Below the pieces are notes generated by a model. The model made no database searches, was not told the origin of the DNA, and saw only the letters and a list, made by a program, of their open reading frames with translations. Made by a program: the position numbers and the translations under genes. Positions 20,068 through 29,714 of a stretch of DNA of 64,000 nucleotides are shown here, in pieces (position 1 is the stretch's first letter; each line of letters begins with the position of its first letter). Source of the DNA: Candidatus Latescibacterota bacterium (GTDB lineage Bacteria; Latescibacterota; UBA2968; GCA-2709665); NCBI GenBank assembly GCA_965219455.1, contig OZ244744.1:5600001-5664000 (forward strand), written 5' to 3'.

Positions 20068-21324
20068 ATGCAAATTAAAGAGATTGATATCACGTTTCTG
20101 GACGTGCCGTTCGCGCGGCACAGCAACGAACATCTCAAGTACTGGCTACCTCAATGGCGCATCATCCAAATATGCAGGCTCACGATGGAGAACGGCGTTG
20201 AGGGTTGGGGCGAAACCGTTCACAACTATACCTGGGCCCAGGTACCCGAACAAATCGAAAGCCGCATACGGAACCGACCCGCGGCAGAGTTGATGTGGGA
20301 CGACAGTCTGGGCGCCGGCGTGCAAATGGCGTTGTTCGACGCGGTGGCCAAGAGTCTGGCCGTACCCGTCTACCGTTTGCTCGGCACGAAAGTCCGAGAC
20401 TGGTGCCCCATCTCCTGGTGGCACATGGACATGCCGCCCGAGGACTGGGCCGAAGAATGCCGACAGGCGGTGAACGCCGGATATATGAGCGCCAAATTGA
20501 AAGCCCGACCATGGTTCGATCTGCATGCGTCGGTTCGGGCCGTTCGGGAGGTGGTACCGGATGGGTTCCATCTGGACTTCGACTACAACGGTACGCTGGC
20601 AAATTCTGCAAATGCCGTACCTCATCTAAAGGAGTTGGAAGCTTATCCCGAAATTGCCATGGTAGAAACCCCGATTCCCCAGAGCGACGTGGCGGGCAAC
20701 CGCCAGATCCGCAGGCGTTTCAATCGGCCTCTTGCCATGCATTACGGCAGCCCTCCCGCAATCACCGCACTAAAGGAGGACGTGACGGACGGTTTTGTGC
20801 TGTGCGCGGGCGCGTCGCGGCTGTTGAGGCAGGCCGCCGTGTGCGACGAAGCCAACAAGCCCTTCTGGCTGCAGCTTGTCGGAACGGGCATCACAACGGC
20901 GTGGGCGGCGCACCTCGGCGCCGTTCTGCCGCAGGCCAAATGGCCGGCCATCACGTGCATGAACATCTGGGATCACGCGTTAATCGAAACGCCTCACGAC
21001 GTGCGCGGCGGATTCTATCGTGTGCCTGAGGCACCCGGTCTGGGTGTCAACGTCGACGCTGCGGCGTTAGCGCGATACCCAGTCTCTTACGCCTGGGTGG
21101 ACCCACCACGCCATCTCTACCGATACGCCCGTGCCAATGGGGAAATCACCTACTACGCCTGCAACCGACAGGACCTTCACCGGATCTACGTGGAAGACGC
21201 GCAGCCGATTTCGGAACCCGGCTCGATCCTGGAAATCGTATCCGACGACGGCAGCGAGGCATTTGATCGCCGGTATGAGGCCGCTTCCCGAACGCCGTTA
21301 CGGGAAAAAGCGATGCGTGAATGA
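20068..21324 (+). CDS. Mandelate racemase/muconate lactonizing enzyme family protein
   Basis: GWGE, QMALFDAVAK..PVYRLLG, KLKARPW, DFDYN, ETPI, PEAPGLGV. Confidence 0.87.
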   Translation: MQIKEIDITFLDVPFARHSNEHLKYWLPQWRIIQICRLTMENGVEGWGETVHNYTWAQVPEQIESRIRNRPAAELMWDDSLGAGVQMALFDAVAKSLAVPVYRLLGTKVRDWCPISWWHMDMPPEDWAEECRQAVNAGYMSAKLKARPWFDLHASVRAVREVVPDGFHLDFDYNGTLANSANAVPHLKELEAYPEIAMVETPIPQSDVAGNRQIRRRFNRPLAMHYGSPPAITALKEDVTDGFVLCAGASRLLRQAAVCDEANKPFWLQLVGTGITTAWAAHLGAVLPQAKWPAITCMNIWDHALIETPHDVRGGFYRVPEAPGLGVNVDAAALARYPVSYAWVDPPRHLYRYARANGEITYYACNRQDLHRIYVEDAQPISEPGSILEIVSDDGSEAFDRRYEAASRTPLREKAMRE

Positions 21325-21352
21325 AGCAAATCGTGTCTCCAGGTACAAATCC

Positions 21353-21387
21353 AAAGCGGGGCTTCCTTAAGGGAAGCCCCGCTTTTT
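21353..21387. terminator. Bidirectional intrinsic terminator
   Basis: AAAGCGGGGCTTCC-TTAAG-GGAAGCCCCGCTTTTT between convergent genes. Confidence 0.88.
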
Positions 21388-21410
21388 CCAGAGTAACGAG
21401 TACACTGGGA

Positions 21411-22718
21411 TCAGTTTACAAAAGCATCGTAAATGGCTCGCACAGCCCGCTTGTAGTCCGTCTCTTCCACACCTACAATGATGTTGATTTCGGAAGCGCC
21501 CTGATCAATCACACGGACGTTGACACGTGCGTCGGCAAGCGCACTGAACAAACGGGCAGCGATGCCGATCCGATGGGACATCCCTTCGCCGACCGTTGCG
21601 ATGAGGGCCAACCCCTGCAACAGCTCGACGCGGTCCGGCTGCAGGATCCGCTGAATATCGTCGACGAGCCGCTCGCCTTTTTCGCCGAGTTGGTCATCGC
21701 GCATGATAACCGACATCGTATCGATTCCGGACGGCGTATGTTCATAACTGATATCGTGCGATGCCACCGCCTCCAACACCTGCCGGCCAAAGCCCTTCTG
21801 CTGGTTCATCATTGCTTTTTCGATAAACAACATCGTAAAAGCCGGCTGTCCGGCCACACCTGCAATGAGATCGTCGGTCAATTCCCTGCGGGCCAGAATG
21901 CGGGTTCCGAAATCATTGGGCCGGTTCGTGTTTCGAATATGAATGGGGATTCCTGCGGCGCGAACCGGAAACATGGCCTCGTCGTGGAAAACCGATGCCC
22001 CCATATACGCCAGTTCCCGAACCTCACGATACGTAATTTCACGAACAGAGCGCGCATCGGGCACCAGGCGTGGATCCGCCATCAGAAGGCCCGATACGTC
22101 GGTCCAGTTCTCGTAGACATCGGCATCGACCGCCCGCGCCACAATGGCGCCCGTGATATCGGAACCGCCTCGTGAAAACGTCCTCACCTCACCGCCCGGA
22201 TCGGTGCCGTAGAATCCAGGTACGACGAACAACCCGCCGCCGCCGACCCGCTCTCCGAGCAGGCTGTAACTGGCGGGGTCCAGTTGGCCCCCAGGACGAA
22301 AATGGATGGCTTCTGCCGCGTCGACGAAGGTCGCGCCCAGAAAATCGGCCATCACCCGACCACACAGATACTCGCCCCTTGAAGCGACAAAATCCCGGGA
22401 TGCCCCTTTTTCAATACTTATCTTCAACCGGTCGAGCAACTGCACGATATCCAGGCGGATTCCCAGTTTTGCCGCCAATTCTTCATATCGGGCGCGTACC
22501 TTTGAGTATGGCCCGGAAAAATCCAGATTCTGCCTGGCCAGTTCGTGGCACAGGTAAAGCAGGTCCGTGATTTTCGTATCGGCATCGTTGCGCTTGCCGG
22601 GCGCCGACGGCACAATGAACCGCCTGCGCGCATCGGATTCGATAATTTCCCTGACCTGAACCACCTGCCGTTCGTCGGCCAGCGAACTCCCGCCGAATTT
22701 ACACACCACCGTTTCCAT
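21411..22718 (-). CDS. lysC: Aspartate kinase
   Basis: CKFGGSS, VPSAPG, SRGE, FSRGGSDITG, WTDVSG, C-terminal ACT domains. Confidence 0.93.
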   Translation of the reverse strand: METVVCKFGGSSLADERQVVQVREIIESDARRRFIVPSAPGKRNDADTKITDLLYLCHELARQNLDFSGPYSKVRARYEELAAKLGIRLDIVQLLDRLKISIEKGASRDFVASRGEYLCGRVMADFLGATFVDAAEAIHFRPGGQLDPASYSLLGERVGGGGLFVVPGFYGTDPGGEVRTFSRGGSDITGAIVARAVDADVYENWTDVSGLLMADPRLVPDARSVREITYREVRELAYMGASVFHDEAMFPVRAAGIPIHIRNTNRPNDFGTRILARRELTDDLIAGVAGQPAFTMLFIEKAMMNQQKGFGRQVLEAVASHDISYEHTPSGIDTMSVIMRDDQLGEKGERLVDDIQRILQPDRVELLQGLALIATVGEGMSHRIGIAARLFSALADARVNVRVIDQGASEINIIVGVEETDYKRAVRAIYDAFVN

Positions 22719-22828
22719 ACCCCGGTTGGACCTCCGATCGGCGCCCGTTCCCTCACCGGGCCTGCGCGTTGCCGGTTCAGTGACGGGGCACACGCATTTT
22801 CTTCGTGATTTTTACGACACGCCTCCCG

Positions 22829-23749
22829 TCAGGCAGGATTCCGCTTCCGGTAAAGGCGAAGCTCCTTCAACAACTCCCTCACGGGCGTGAGTTCCGGATC
22901 GATCCTCAATGCCTCATTCAATGCGTCGATCGCCCTCTGCAAATCGGAGGACCCGCCGCCCCGCTCGGACAGCCGCCAGTAGCACAGACCCATGACATGA
23001 TGCGCTCTGGCTCTGTCGCCCTTTTCAAGGAACTCATAAGCCAACGCTTTCCTTGCAAGGTCGACGCCTTCCGCGTAGCGGGCGGCCCGGAACGTGTAAA
23101 AAGCCGCAAACACCCTCGCATGCGCGACAGCATCTTCTCCGACGCCGTATTCCAGACCCCGACTCACAACGCGGAGCGCTTCACCATAACGCCTGACGCC
23201 CTCCAGCATGCGCGCGACGTCGGTAGCCTGGCGACACAATTTGTCTCGCCAGGCTTTGTCCGCCTCTGTGGGACGAAACTCGTACTTCGACCAGAGACTG
23301 TCCTGCCGCCCCCAGATTTTAAGCACGGCCTGTATAATTGAGGGATAACCTGTCATGGCGCCGGATCGGGAGTGCAGATGCGTATTGTTGAAAAAATGCC
23401 GACCCAGCGCCCGGACGACCGGCGGGTATCCCGGCGCGACAGAATCCACGCGAGAGTAGACAGGCACCCACTGGCCGTCACCGAGAGAATCCGAACCCGC
23501 CAGCAAGGCCTGGGCCTTCACAAGCTGCTCATGCCGTTCTGCCGCTTTCTTACCGGACGGCGTATCTCCGTATTTTTCGGCGACCTCTGCATACTGCGCA
23601 ATCGTCTGAGGCAGGGTTTCCACCTGCTCTTCCAGGTCTCTGAATACAACATAATACAATCGCTCCGCCTTCTTCGCTCTCCGGGCCGCCTCGTTGTCGC
23701 AACCTGCACACAACGCCAGACACAGAAATACAAGAATCAATCTCGTCAT
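22829..23749 (-). CDS. TPR-containing lipoprotein
   Basis: Signal peptide with lipobox-like LCAGC; helical TPR-like C-terminus (AHHVMGLCYW..AIDALNEALRIDP). Confidence 0.7.
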   Translation of the reverse strand: MTRLILVFLCLALCAGCDNEAARRAKKAERLYYVVFRDLEEQVETLPQTIAQYAEVAEKYGDTPSGKKAAERHEQLVKAQALLAGSDSLGDGQWVPVYSRVDSVAPGYPPVVRALGRHFFNNTHLHSRSGAMTGYPSIIQAVLKIWGRQDSLWSKYEFRPTEADKAWRDKLCRQATDVARMLEGVRRYGEALRVVSRGLEYGVGEDAVAHARVFAAFYTFRAARYAEGVDLARKALAYEFLEKGDRARAHHVMGLCYWRLSERGGGSSDLQRAIDALNEALRIDPELTPVRELLKELRLYRKRNPA

Positions 23750-23866
23750 TGCACATCGCTCCCCGATTGTGAATTCTCGCGCCCCAATATTGCGCGGCCT
23801 CACGGGCGTCATACCCGTTCGTGACGTTTCAGCGGCGGCCTATCGGATCTGAATGAACACAAAAAG

Positions 23867-24847
23867 CTACTCGATATCCGCGCGAATCGGCATCTCCGAC
23901 GCGCCCTTCCGGCTGATCTTGTCGATCAACCTCCGATTGAACTCGCGTGCCGTATGATAACCCTGAATCTTGAGTTGATAATTCAACGCAATGGCCTCCG
24001 AGATGACCGTGATGTTCTTGCCCGGATAGATCGGCACGGTCACCTGTGGAATCTCCACGTCGAGAATCGACACCCAATCCTCCTCCAGCCCTACCCGCTC
24101 GAAGGATTCAGTCTGGTCCCATTCCACAAGTTGAACAACGACCTCGACTCGTTTTTGAATCCGAAAAGCGCCGATACCAAACATGTGTCGGACGTTCAGA
24201 ATGCCAAGACCGCGGATTTCCATATGATCTCGAAGCGTATCGCCGCAGGTGCCAACCAGAATGCCCTGGAGCTTTCTGGAGACCAGCACGATGTCGTCGG
24301 CAACCAGCCTGTGTCCGCGCTCCACGAGGTCCAATGCAATTTCACTCTTCCCAATTCCGCTTCGACCGGTAAACAGCAAGCCGATTCCGTAAACATCGAC
24401 GAGAGACCCGTGGATGGCGGTCCGGGGCGCAAACACATCGTCCAGATAGTATGAAAAGAGATGGGAAAACTTCGTGGTCGAGAACGGAGTGACCATCAGC
24501 GGGATACGTCGCTGCCCGGCCAATTTCACCAGGGTTTGGGGCACCTCGTTTCCGTCAGTAACCACCACACACGGGATGTCGAACTGGAACACGGTTTCCA
24601 GTACCGTGCGGAGTTTGCGGGCAGAAAGGCCGTCGAGGTACAACATTTCGGAGTTGCCGAGTACCTGTGCGCGGTCGAACGTAAAAAGTCCCACAAAGCC
24701 CGCCAGGACGAGACCGGGGCGGTGCACATCGCTGGAGGTCAGCCTTTTTTCCGTGTTGTCTTTGCCGGCTATCAACTTCAGCGCCAGCTTTTCACCGAAG
24801 TGCTCCAGGACTTCCGCGATTGAGATTTCCTGCACACCACGCTCCAT
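23867..24847 (-). CDS. hprK: HPr(Ser) kinase/phosphorylase
   Basis: HRPGL, IHGSLVDVYGIG, GRSGIGKSE, LVADD, HMEIRGLGI; start may be GTG 24835. Confidence 0.96.
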   Translation of the reverse strand: MERGVQEISIAEVLEHFGEKLALKLIAGKDNTEKRLTSSDVHRPGLVLAGFVGLFTFDRAQVLGNSEMLYLDGLSARKLRTVLETVFQFDIPCVVVTDGNEVPQTLVKLAGQRRIPLMVTPFSTTKFSHLFSYYLDDVFAPRTAIHGSLVDVYGIGLLFTGRSGIGKSEIALDLVERGHRLVADDIVLVSRKLQGILVGTCGDTLRDHMEIRGLGILNVRHMFGIGAFRIQKRVEVVVQLVEWDQTESFERVGLEEDWVSILDVEIPQVTVPIYPGKNITVISEAIALNYQLKIQGYHTAREFNRRLIDKISRKGASEMPIRADIE

Positions 24848-24965
24848 GGTCTGGCGTTGTTGCGAGCCTGAAAACGAGGATTGAATGACAGAATCCGAAC
24901 CCCGTTCGTCACCCCGTAGTCCAACGCACATAACCTTTAAATTTATAGGTTCTTGCAACAAGTTG

Positions 24966-24994
24966 AATATATGTCAAAAAACCGCGACTGTCAA
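24966..24994 (-). promoter_or_regulatory. Sigma-70 promoter for the hprK operon
   Basis: TTGACA-17 bp-TATATT. Confidence 0.75.
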
Positions 24995-25027
24995 GCAGTT
25001 GGATCTCAATGATCCAGGACTTCGGGC

Positions 25028-25056
25028 TTGACTTGGTACCGACTAGAGGCTATACT
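25028..25056 (+). promoter_or_regulatory. Sigma-70 promoter for the membrane-protein pair
   Basis: TTGACT-17 bp-TATACT, divergent from the hprK promoter. Confidence 0.78.
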
Positions 25057-25110
25057 CCGTGCACGGTCCGACTGCTGCGATAATTGGATATCCGAGGACG
25101 GGTGGATTCG

Positions 25111-26328
25111 ATGCAACTGATCGCGAGCTTCTACCTCATCTACGCCATCTGCCTGATCTGCCGAAACCTGTTCGTAAGACGGAAGCTTGCCGCACCCCTG
25201 GACAGTCTACGAACAAGCCATCTGCATTTCGTTCCCATTGGGATGGCCGTGGGTTTCATCCTCTCCACGGAGAGCGACCTGGCAGGGATCGTTGAAGACA
25301 TACAAAAGGGACTGTTGGGCGTCGTACTGGTCTGGTTCGGTGTCGTCACGGGGCTCCGGTTTGATTTTCGCCGGCTGGGAAGACGCATGTCGCGCCACCT
25401 TACGCTTGAAGGTCTTCAGGTCCTTGGAACCGCCGCCATCGTTTTTTTTCTCGCCTTGCTGGGGAGACCGGTGTTGCGGTACCAAATGGGCATCACGGCC
25501 GAACCCTTCCTTATCGCGCTGCTGCTGGGCACGCTGGCAACCACGCTCCGTATACCGGATCGGATATTTTATGTCCGATCCACACTAGCCACGACCCCGG
25601 TCGAAAATTCGCCGGCAGGCCCGCTTATCACCAACGCCGCCGCAATGACGCTTCTTACGATTTTGTACCCGTATTGTTCGGGTGGCGCCGTTGTCGAACT
25701 GGGTCCCTTCACCCTGGTGGCCACCGGCAGTTTCTGGGCGTTATATGGGTGCGTGGGGATACTTCTTGGGCTGTTGCTTACCTTTGTCTTTGGCACCTTT
25801 CAGGACGATATCCTGTGCACAATTATCGCGACCGGTACCATCGCTACCGTCGGTGGACTCTGCATAGGAAAGGGGATTCCGGGGGTTGTCGTTGGTTTCA
25901 TCTCCGGCGTATGGTTCATCAATACGACCACACGTCGGCGGGATGCGCTTGAACTTCTGGAAAAAACCACGGGCATCCTGCAACCCGTCTTTTTCCTGGT
26001 TGTTGGCGGTCTGCTTGCAACACAGAACCTCACTGTGCTACGGTTGTCGGCTTTCGCCTTTTTGTTCCTGGTCGCCAGAAATCTGGCGAGGGGTATCAGC
26101 CTGACGGTTGCCGCCCGTCTGACCCGCTGTCACCTTTCACTGACTGAAATAATCGGCTCTGCGCTCAGGCCGCTCGGGACGCTGTCCGTGGCTCTGGCGG
26201 CCCAGCTTCTCCTATTGGATTCGGGGCCCAACCTTTACGCCCTCATCGCCGCGGTTCTGGTTGCAGCCGCGATTGGTCAGGTTATACCGTTGCCCAAACC
26301 TCGAGACGTTTCCGCCTCAAGCACTTAA
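25111..26328 (+). CDS. Polytopic membrane protein, divergent cation:proton antiporter-like
   Basis: About 12 hydrophobic segments; WFGVVTGLRFD, PVFFLVVGG, RNLARG pattern reminiscent of CPA2. Confidence 0.6.
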   Translation: MQLIASFYLIYAICLICRNLFVRRKLAAPLDSLRTSHLHFVPIGMAVGFILSTESDLAGIVEDIQKGLLGVVLVWFGVVTGLRFDFRRLGRRMSRHLTLEGLQVLGTAAIVFFLALLGRPVLRYQMGITAEPFLIALLLGTLATTLRIPDRIFYVRSTLATTPVENSPAGPLITNAAAMTLLTILYPYCSGGAVVELGPFTLVATGSFWALYGCVGILLGLLLTFVFGTFQDDILCTIIATGTIATVGGLCIGKGIPGVVVGFISGVWFINTTTRRRDALELLEKTTGILQPVFFLVVGGLLATQNLTVLRLSAFAFLFLVARNLARGISLTVAARLTRCHLSLTEIIGSALRPLGTLSVALAAQLLLLDSGPNLYALIAAVLVAAAIGQVIPLPKPRDVSASST

Positions 26329-26341
26329 CGGAAGGCGCCGT

Positions 26342-27544
26342 ATGAGGCGGTTTCTTATCTGCGTCATTGTATGTGCGGTTGTCTGGGGAGCCCAACGGGA
26401 TTTTCCGGATTCAATCCAACCGGTGGTATACGTCGGCCTTATGCTGATGGTACCCTTGATCCTGGCAAGCACGCTGGCAGGGTCAGGCTTTCCTGTCCAC
26501 GTGATACCCCTTGTACTGGGATTCATGGCCGGCGGTTTCGGATTACTGGACACGGGCGCATTCATTGCAACAGCGCCATTTGCCGAACTCGCACAGGTCT
26601 GGGTCGGCCTGTATCTGGGAGCAAGTTTTTCCTGTCACCGGTTCTTCAGCAAGAATCTTGGCGGAGCCGCGTTGCTCTCCGTTGGCGCGACATTGGTCCC
26701 GGCTTCGCTGGCGTTTGTGTTATTTCTGGATTTTTCGGCCGTCCAGGCGATTCGTCTGGGTCTGCTAGCTGCGATGTCCGGCCCGATGATCACGCTCATT
26801 TCTCAACCGGAAAGACGAGAGGCCCTGTCCTTTTCGCTCCTGGTAACGATGCTGGGGATTTCGTTGTGGTTCCTCGCCGACCTCATCCTGCGCACACCCG
26901 GCCTGTATCGGGCGGTGCCGTCCGCAATAATGTGGGCGGTGGGCGTTGAACTCATCGTCAGGTTAACGCACACGGTTAGAACCCGGCATGGCGGACAGGT
27001 TCTGTTCGGCGCGATTGTGGCGACGCTTTTCGTTTGTGCGCGAGTGATGGATTTATCCCCCCTCTTTCTGGCGCTCGTGACCGGTGTGGGCGTCTCCGCC
27101 CGGACAGGGAGATCCGGATATTCCCTGCGGGCGATGGAGCCCCTGTCGGTCCCTCTCTCTCATTTTATACTCACGTATTTTGTGGCCAACCTTGACCTCA
27201 CCGGCTTTTTGGAACTCTCCGTGCTTCATTGGAAGATTCTGATCGTCTACGTTGCCGCGATGCTTTTTGGCAAGACCGTCGGAGGTTTGGCCGCGAGGCG
27301 TTTTGCTTGTTTGTACATTCGAGACTGGTCGCAGATACTCCCCCAGGGATTTGTCGTATTCGTACTTCTGTCCGAAGTGTTCTCAACGGGAATGGAGCCG
27401 GCCCTTCGCGACGGGCTGAGCGCCAGCGTGGTTCTGCTGTGCGGCATTGTCCTGCCGTTGCTGACGGCTCCTGTACTCGTCCTGTACGAGCGCATGGATC
27501 GCCGGCGAATTCAGAGCTCCGCACGTGTTCTGTCTCGGAAATAG
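26342..27544 (+). CDS. Polytopic membrane protein, divergent cation:proton antiporter-like
   Basis: About 12 hydrophobic segments; WVGLYLGASF, LSPLFLALVTG, ANLDL, GKTVGG, LPQG. Confidence 0.6.
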   Translation: MRRFLICVIVCAVVWGAQRDFPDSIQPVVYVGLMLMVPLILASTLAGSGFPVHVIPLVLGFMAGGFGLLDTGAFIATAPFAELAQVWVGLYLGASFSCHRFFSKNLGGAALLSVGATLVPASLAFVLFLDFSAVQAIRLGLLAAMSGPMITLISQPERREALSFSLLVTMLGISLWFLADLILRTPGLYRAVPSAIMWAVGVELIVRLTHTVRTRHGGQVLFGAIVATLFVCARVMDLSPLFLALVTGVGVSARTGRSGYSLRAMEPLSVPLSHFILTYFVANLDLTGFLELSVLHWKILIVYVAAMLFGKTVGGLAARRFACLYIRDWSQILPQGFVVFVLLSEVFSTGMEPALRDGLSASVVLLCGIVLPLLTAPVLVLYERMDRRRIQSSARVLSRK

Positions 27545-27582
27545 ATTGCCGAAATTCGGCCGTCGGGTCGCTCGGGTCGCAT

Positions 27583-27600
27583 CCTTCGACAGGCTCAGGA
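27583..27600. repeat. CCTTCGACAGGCTCAGGA REP-type motif
   Basis: Matches a widespread small extragenic palindrome; single copy here, just after a stop codon. Confidence 0.45.
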
Positions 27601-27657
27601 ACCGGCACCTGCGACCTGCGGAAGGTTGGCCGAACGTAGCGAGACGGGATGAACCGG

Positions 27658-27693
27658 CCTGCCTGTACGTGCTGTCTCACGCACGCAGACAGG
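27658..27693. repeat. CCTGCCTG...CGCACGCAGACAGG palindromic element
   Basis: Same ends as 11125-11152 and the outer element at 54113-54175. Confidence 0.7.
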
Positions 27694-27830
27694 CGGAAAA
27701 ATGGTGACATATTTCCGGGAAGGGACACCTGATCGGCCGGTTCGGTGGAAGAAAAAAAGCCACCCACTGGTGCGATGGCCAATCTTCTTTAGAGCGCCGA
27801 ATCCATTCACGGTTGTTTATCGATCGCTAG

Positions 27831-29714
27831 TCCTTAAACAAGCGTGACCAGTGAAATTTTTCTGGTCCAAGAGACCGGAAAGGCCTACCGTTGTTGGAGA
27901 TAGATGGATTGTGCTAGAAATCATCACGCCAACGCAGGAGACCTTTCCGGTGAAAAGAATATCGGTTGATGACAGCCGCAGGAACCGTGCTCGTCGCAAA
28001 CGCAAAGTGGCCGCCCGCCACGGTCGAGCGGGGCATTGGCAGGCCCAGCGCCGGCCCATGTTCAGTCCTGGCAAAGTGCACTACGAGGTAGGCGCCTACA
28101 CCGACGCGATGAGTTACGGAGGCATCGGCGCCGTGCATCGCCTGGTCACCAAGCTGGGTCTGCCCAAGCGCATCGACGCGTCACTGTCCTTGTTGAAGGT
28201 GCATCTGCCCTATCATGAGTCGGACCACGTACTAAACATCACATACAACGTGTTATGCGGCGGCACGCGCTTGGAGGATATCGAGCGTTTGCGAAGTGAC
28301 GGGGCCTACATGAATGCCCTGGGCGCCAAGTTGATTCCCGATCCGACCACGGCGGGTGACTTTTGCCGACGCTTCTCGGAACGGGACATCGTCGAACTGA
28401 TGGCGTGCATCAACGCGGTGCGATCCTCCTTGTGGGCATCGCGTGGCCGCAAATTGCTTGGTGACATCACCTATATCGATGTGGACGGCACAAACGTGCC
28501 CACGTATGGCAAGCGCAAGAGGGGTATGGACATCTCTTACCAGGGCATCTGGGGCTACCATCCGCTGGTGATCTCACTTTCCAACACGAAGGAAGTGCTC
28601 TTCCTGGTCAACCGACCGGGGAATGTGCCCAGCCACACCGGTGCGGCACAGTGGATCGACGCGGCCATCGACCTGGTGCAGCCCCACGCCAAGCGCATCT
28701 GTGTGCGTGGCGACACCGACTTTTTCTTGACTCGACATCTTGATCGCTGGGCCAAAAGCGTCGACTTCATCTTCGGGATGGACGCCAACGCGGCGATGCG
28801 TTCCCGTGCCGAGGCCCTCGACGAGGCACAATGGCAGCCCCTGCAACGCAAACCCCGTTATCACACCGTGACCGACCAGAAGCGGAAGCGCAATCAGCCC
28901 CACGAGAAACAGCGCATCGTCCACAAGCGGGCCTACGCCAACCTGGTGCTGAACCACGAACACGTGGCCGAGTTCAACTACCAACCCACGCGCTGTAAAC
29001 GTGGGTATCGCGTCGTGGTCCTGCGCAAGAACATCAGCAAAATGAAGGGCGACCTTGTCCTGTTCGACGAATGCCGTTATTTCTTCTATATCACGACACG
29101 CACGGACGTGACCCCCCAAGAGATCGTCGCCTGCGCCAACCAACGCTGCGATCAGGAGAACGTCATCGAGCAACTCAAAAACGGCGTCAACGCCTTGCGC
29201 GTGCCCCTGTATGACCTGGTCAGCAACTGGGCCTATATGGTCATCGCCGCCCTGGCCTGGAACCTCAAATCCTGGTTTGCCATGATGATGCACAGACACC
29301 GTGATCGACAGCAGTACGTCTGCATGGAATTCCGGCGCTTCATCCACAGCATTATCTTGATTCCCTGCCACGTCATCCAACGCGCGCGCACCACCACGTT
29401 ACGGCTCATCGGCTATCAACCCACCCTCGATCGCCTCTTCAGCACCTGGCGTATCATTGAACGCACCGGATTTGGATAACACCAATGCAGCACCACCGAT
29501 GACACACAAACGCGGCGCCATCCCCACACCCCTCAACGGACCGGTGTGTCCACCACGCGTCTCAACGCCACTTCGGATACTCAATTTACCATAGCGACCA
29601 CGACAAACACGGCCCTAAAAACCATCCAAAACGCCAATTCCATATAAATCGACACCAACGCCTCAACACAAACACAAATCACTGTGGCGCACACGATACT
29701 CGCTTATTTTAGGG
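27831..29714 (+). mobile_element. IS1380-family insertion sequence, apparently complete
   Basis: IRL TCCTTAAACAAGCG vs IRR (reverse complement) CCCTAAAATAAGCG; CTAG direct repeats at 27827-27830 and 29715-29718; single transposase. Confidence 0.88.
27950..29479 (+). CDS. IS1380-family DDE transposase
   Basis: HLPYHESDHVL, PDPTTAGDFCRRF, IDVDGT, VRGDTDF, RCDQENVIEQLK, NWAYMVI; GTG 27950 has SD AGGAG. Confidence 0.92.
   Translation: MKRISVDDSRRNRARRKRKVAARHGRAGHWQAQRRPMFSPGKVHYEVGAYTDAMSYGGIGAVHRLVTKLGLPKRIDASLSLLKVHLPYHESDHVLNITYNVLCGGTRLEDIERLRSDGAYMNALGAKLIPDPTTAGDFCRRFSERDIVELMACINAVRSSLWASRGRKLLGDITYIDVDGTNVPTYGKRKRGMDISYQGIWGYHPLVISLSNTKEVLFLVNRPGNVPSHTGAAQWIDAAIDLVQPHAKRICVRGDTDFFLTRHLDRWAKSVDFIFGMDANAAMRSRAEALDEAQWQPLQRKPRYHTVTDQKRKRNQPHEKQRIVHKRAYANLVLNHEHVAEFNYQPTRCKRGYRVVVLRKNISKMKGDLVLFDECRYFFYITTRTDVTPQEIVACANQRCDQENVIEQLKNGVNALRVPLYDLVSNWAYMVIAALAWNLKSWFAMMMHRHRDRQQYVCMEFRRFIHSIILIPCHVIQRARTTTLRLIGYQPTLDRLFSTWRIIERTGFG

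Noticed and set aside
27831-29714. IS1380 transposase as the mobiliser of the TA-flanked MITEs
   Set aside because: Its terminal repeats and CTAG target do not resemble the MITE ends
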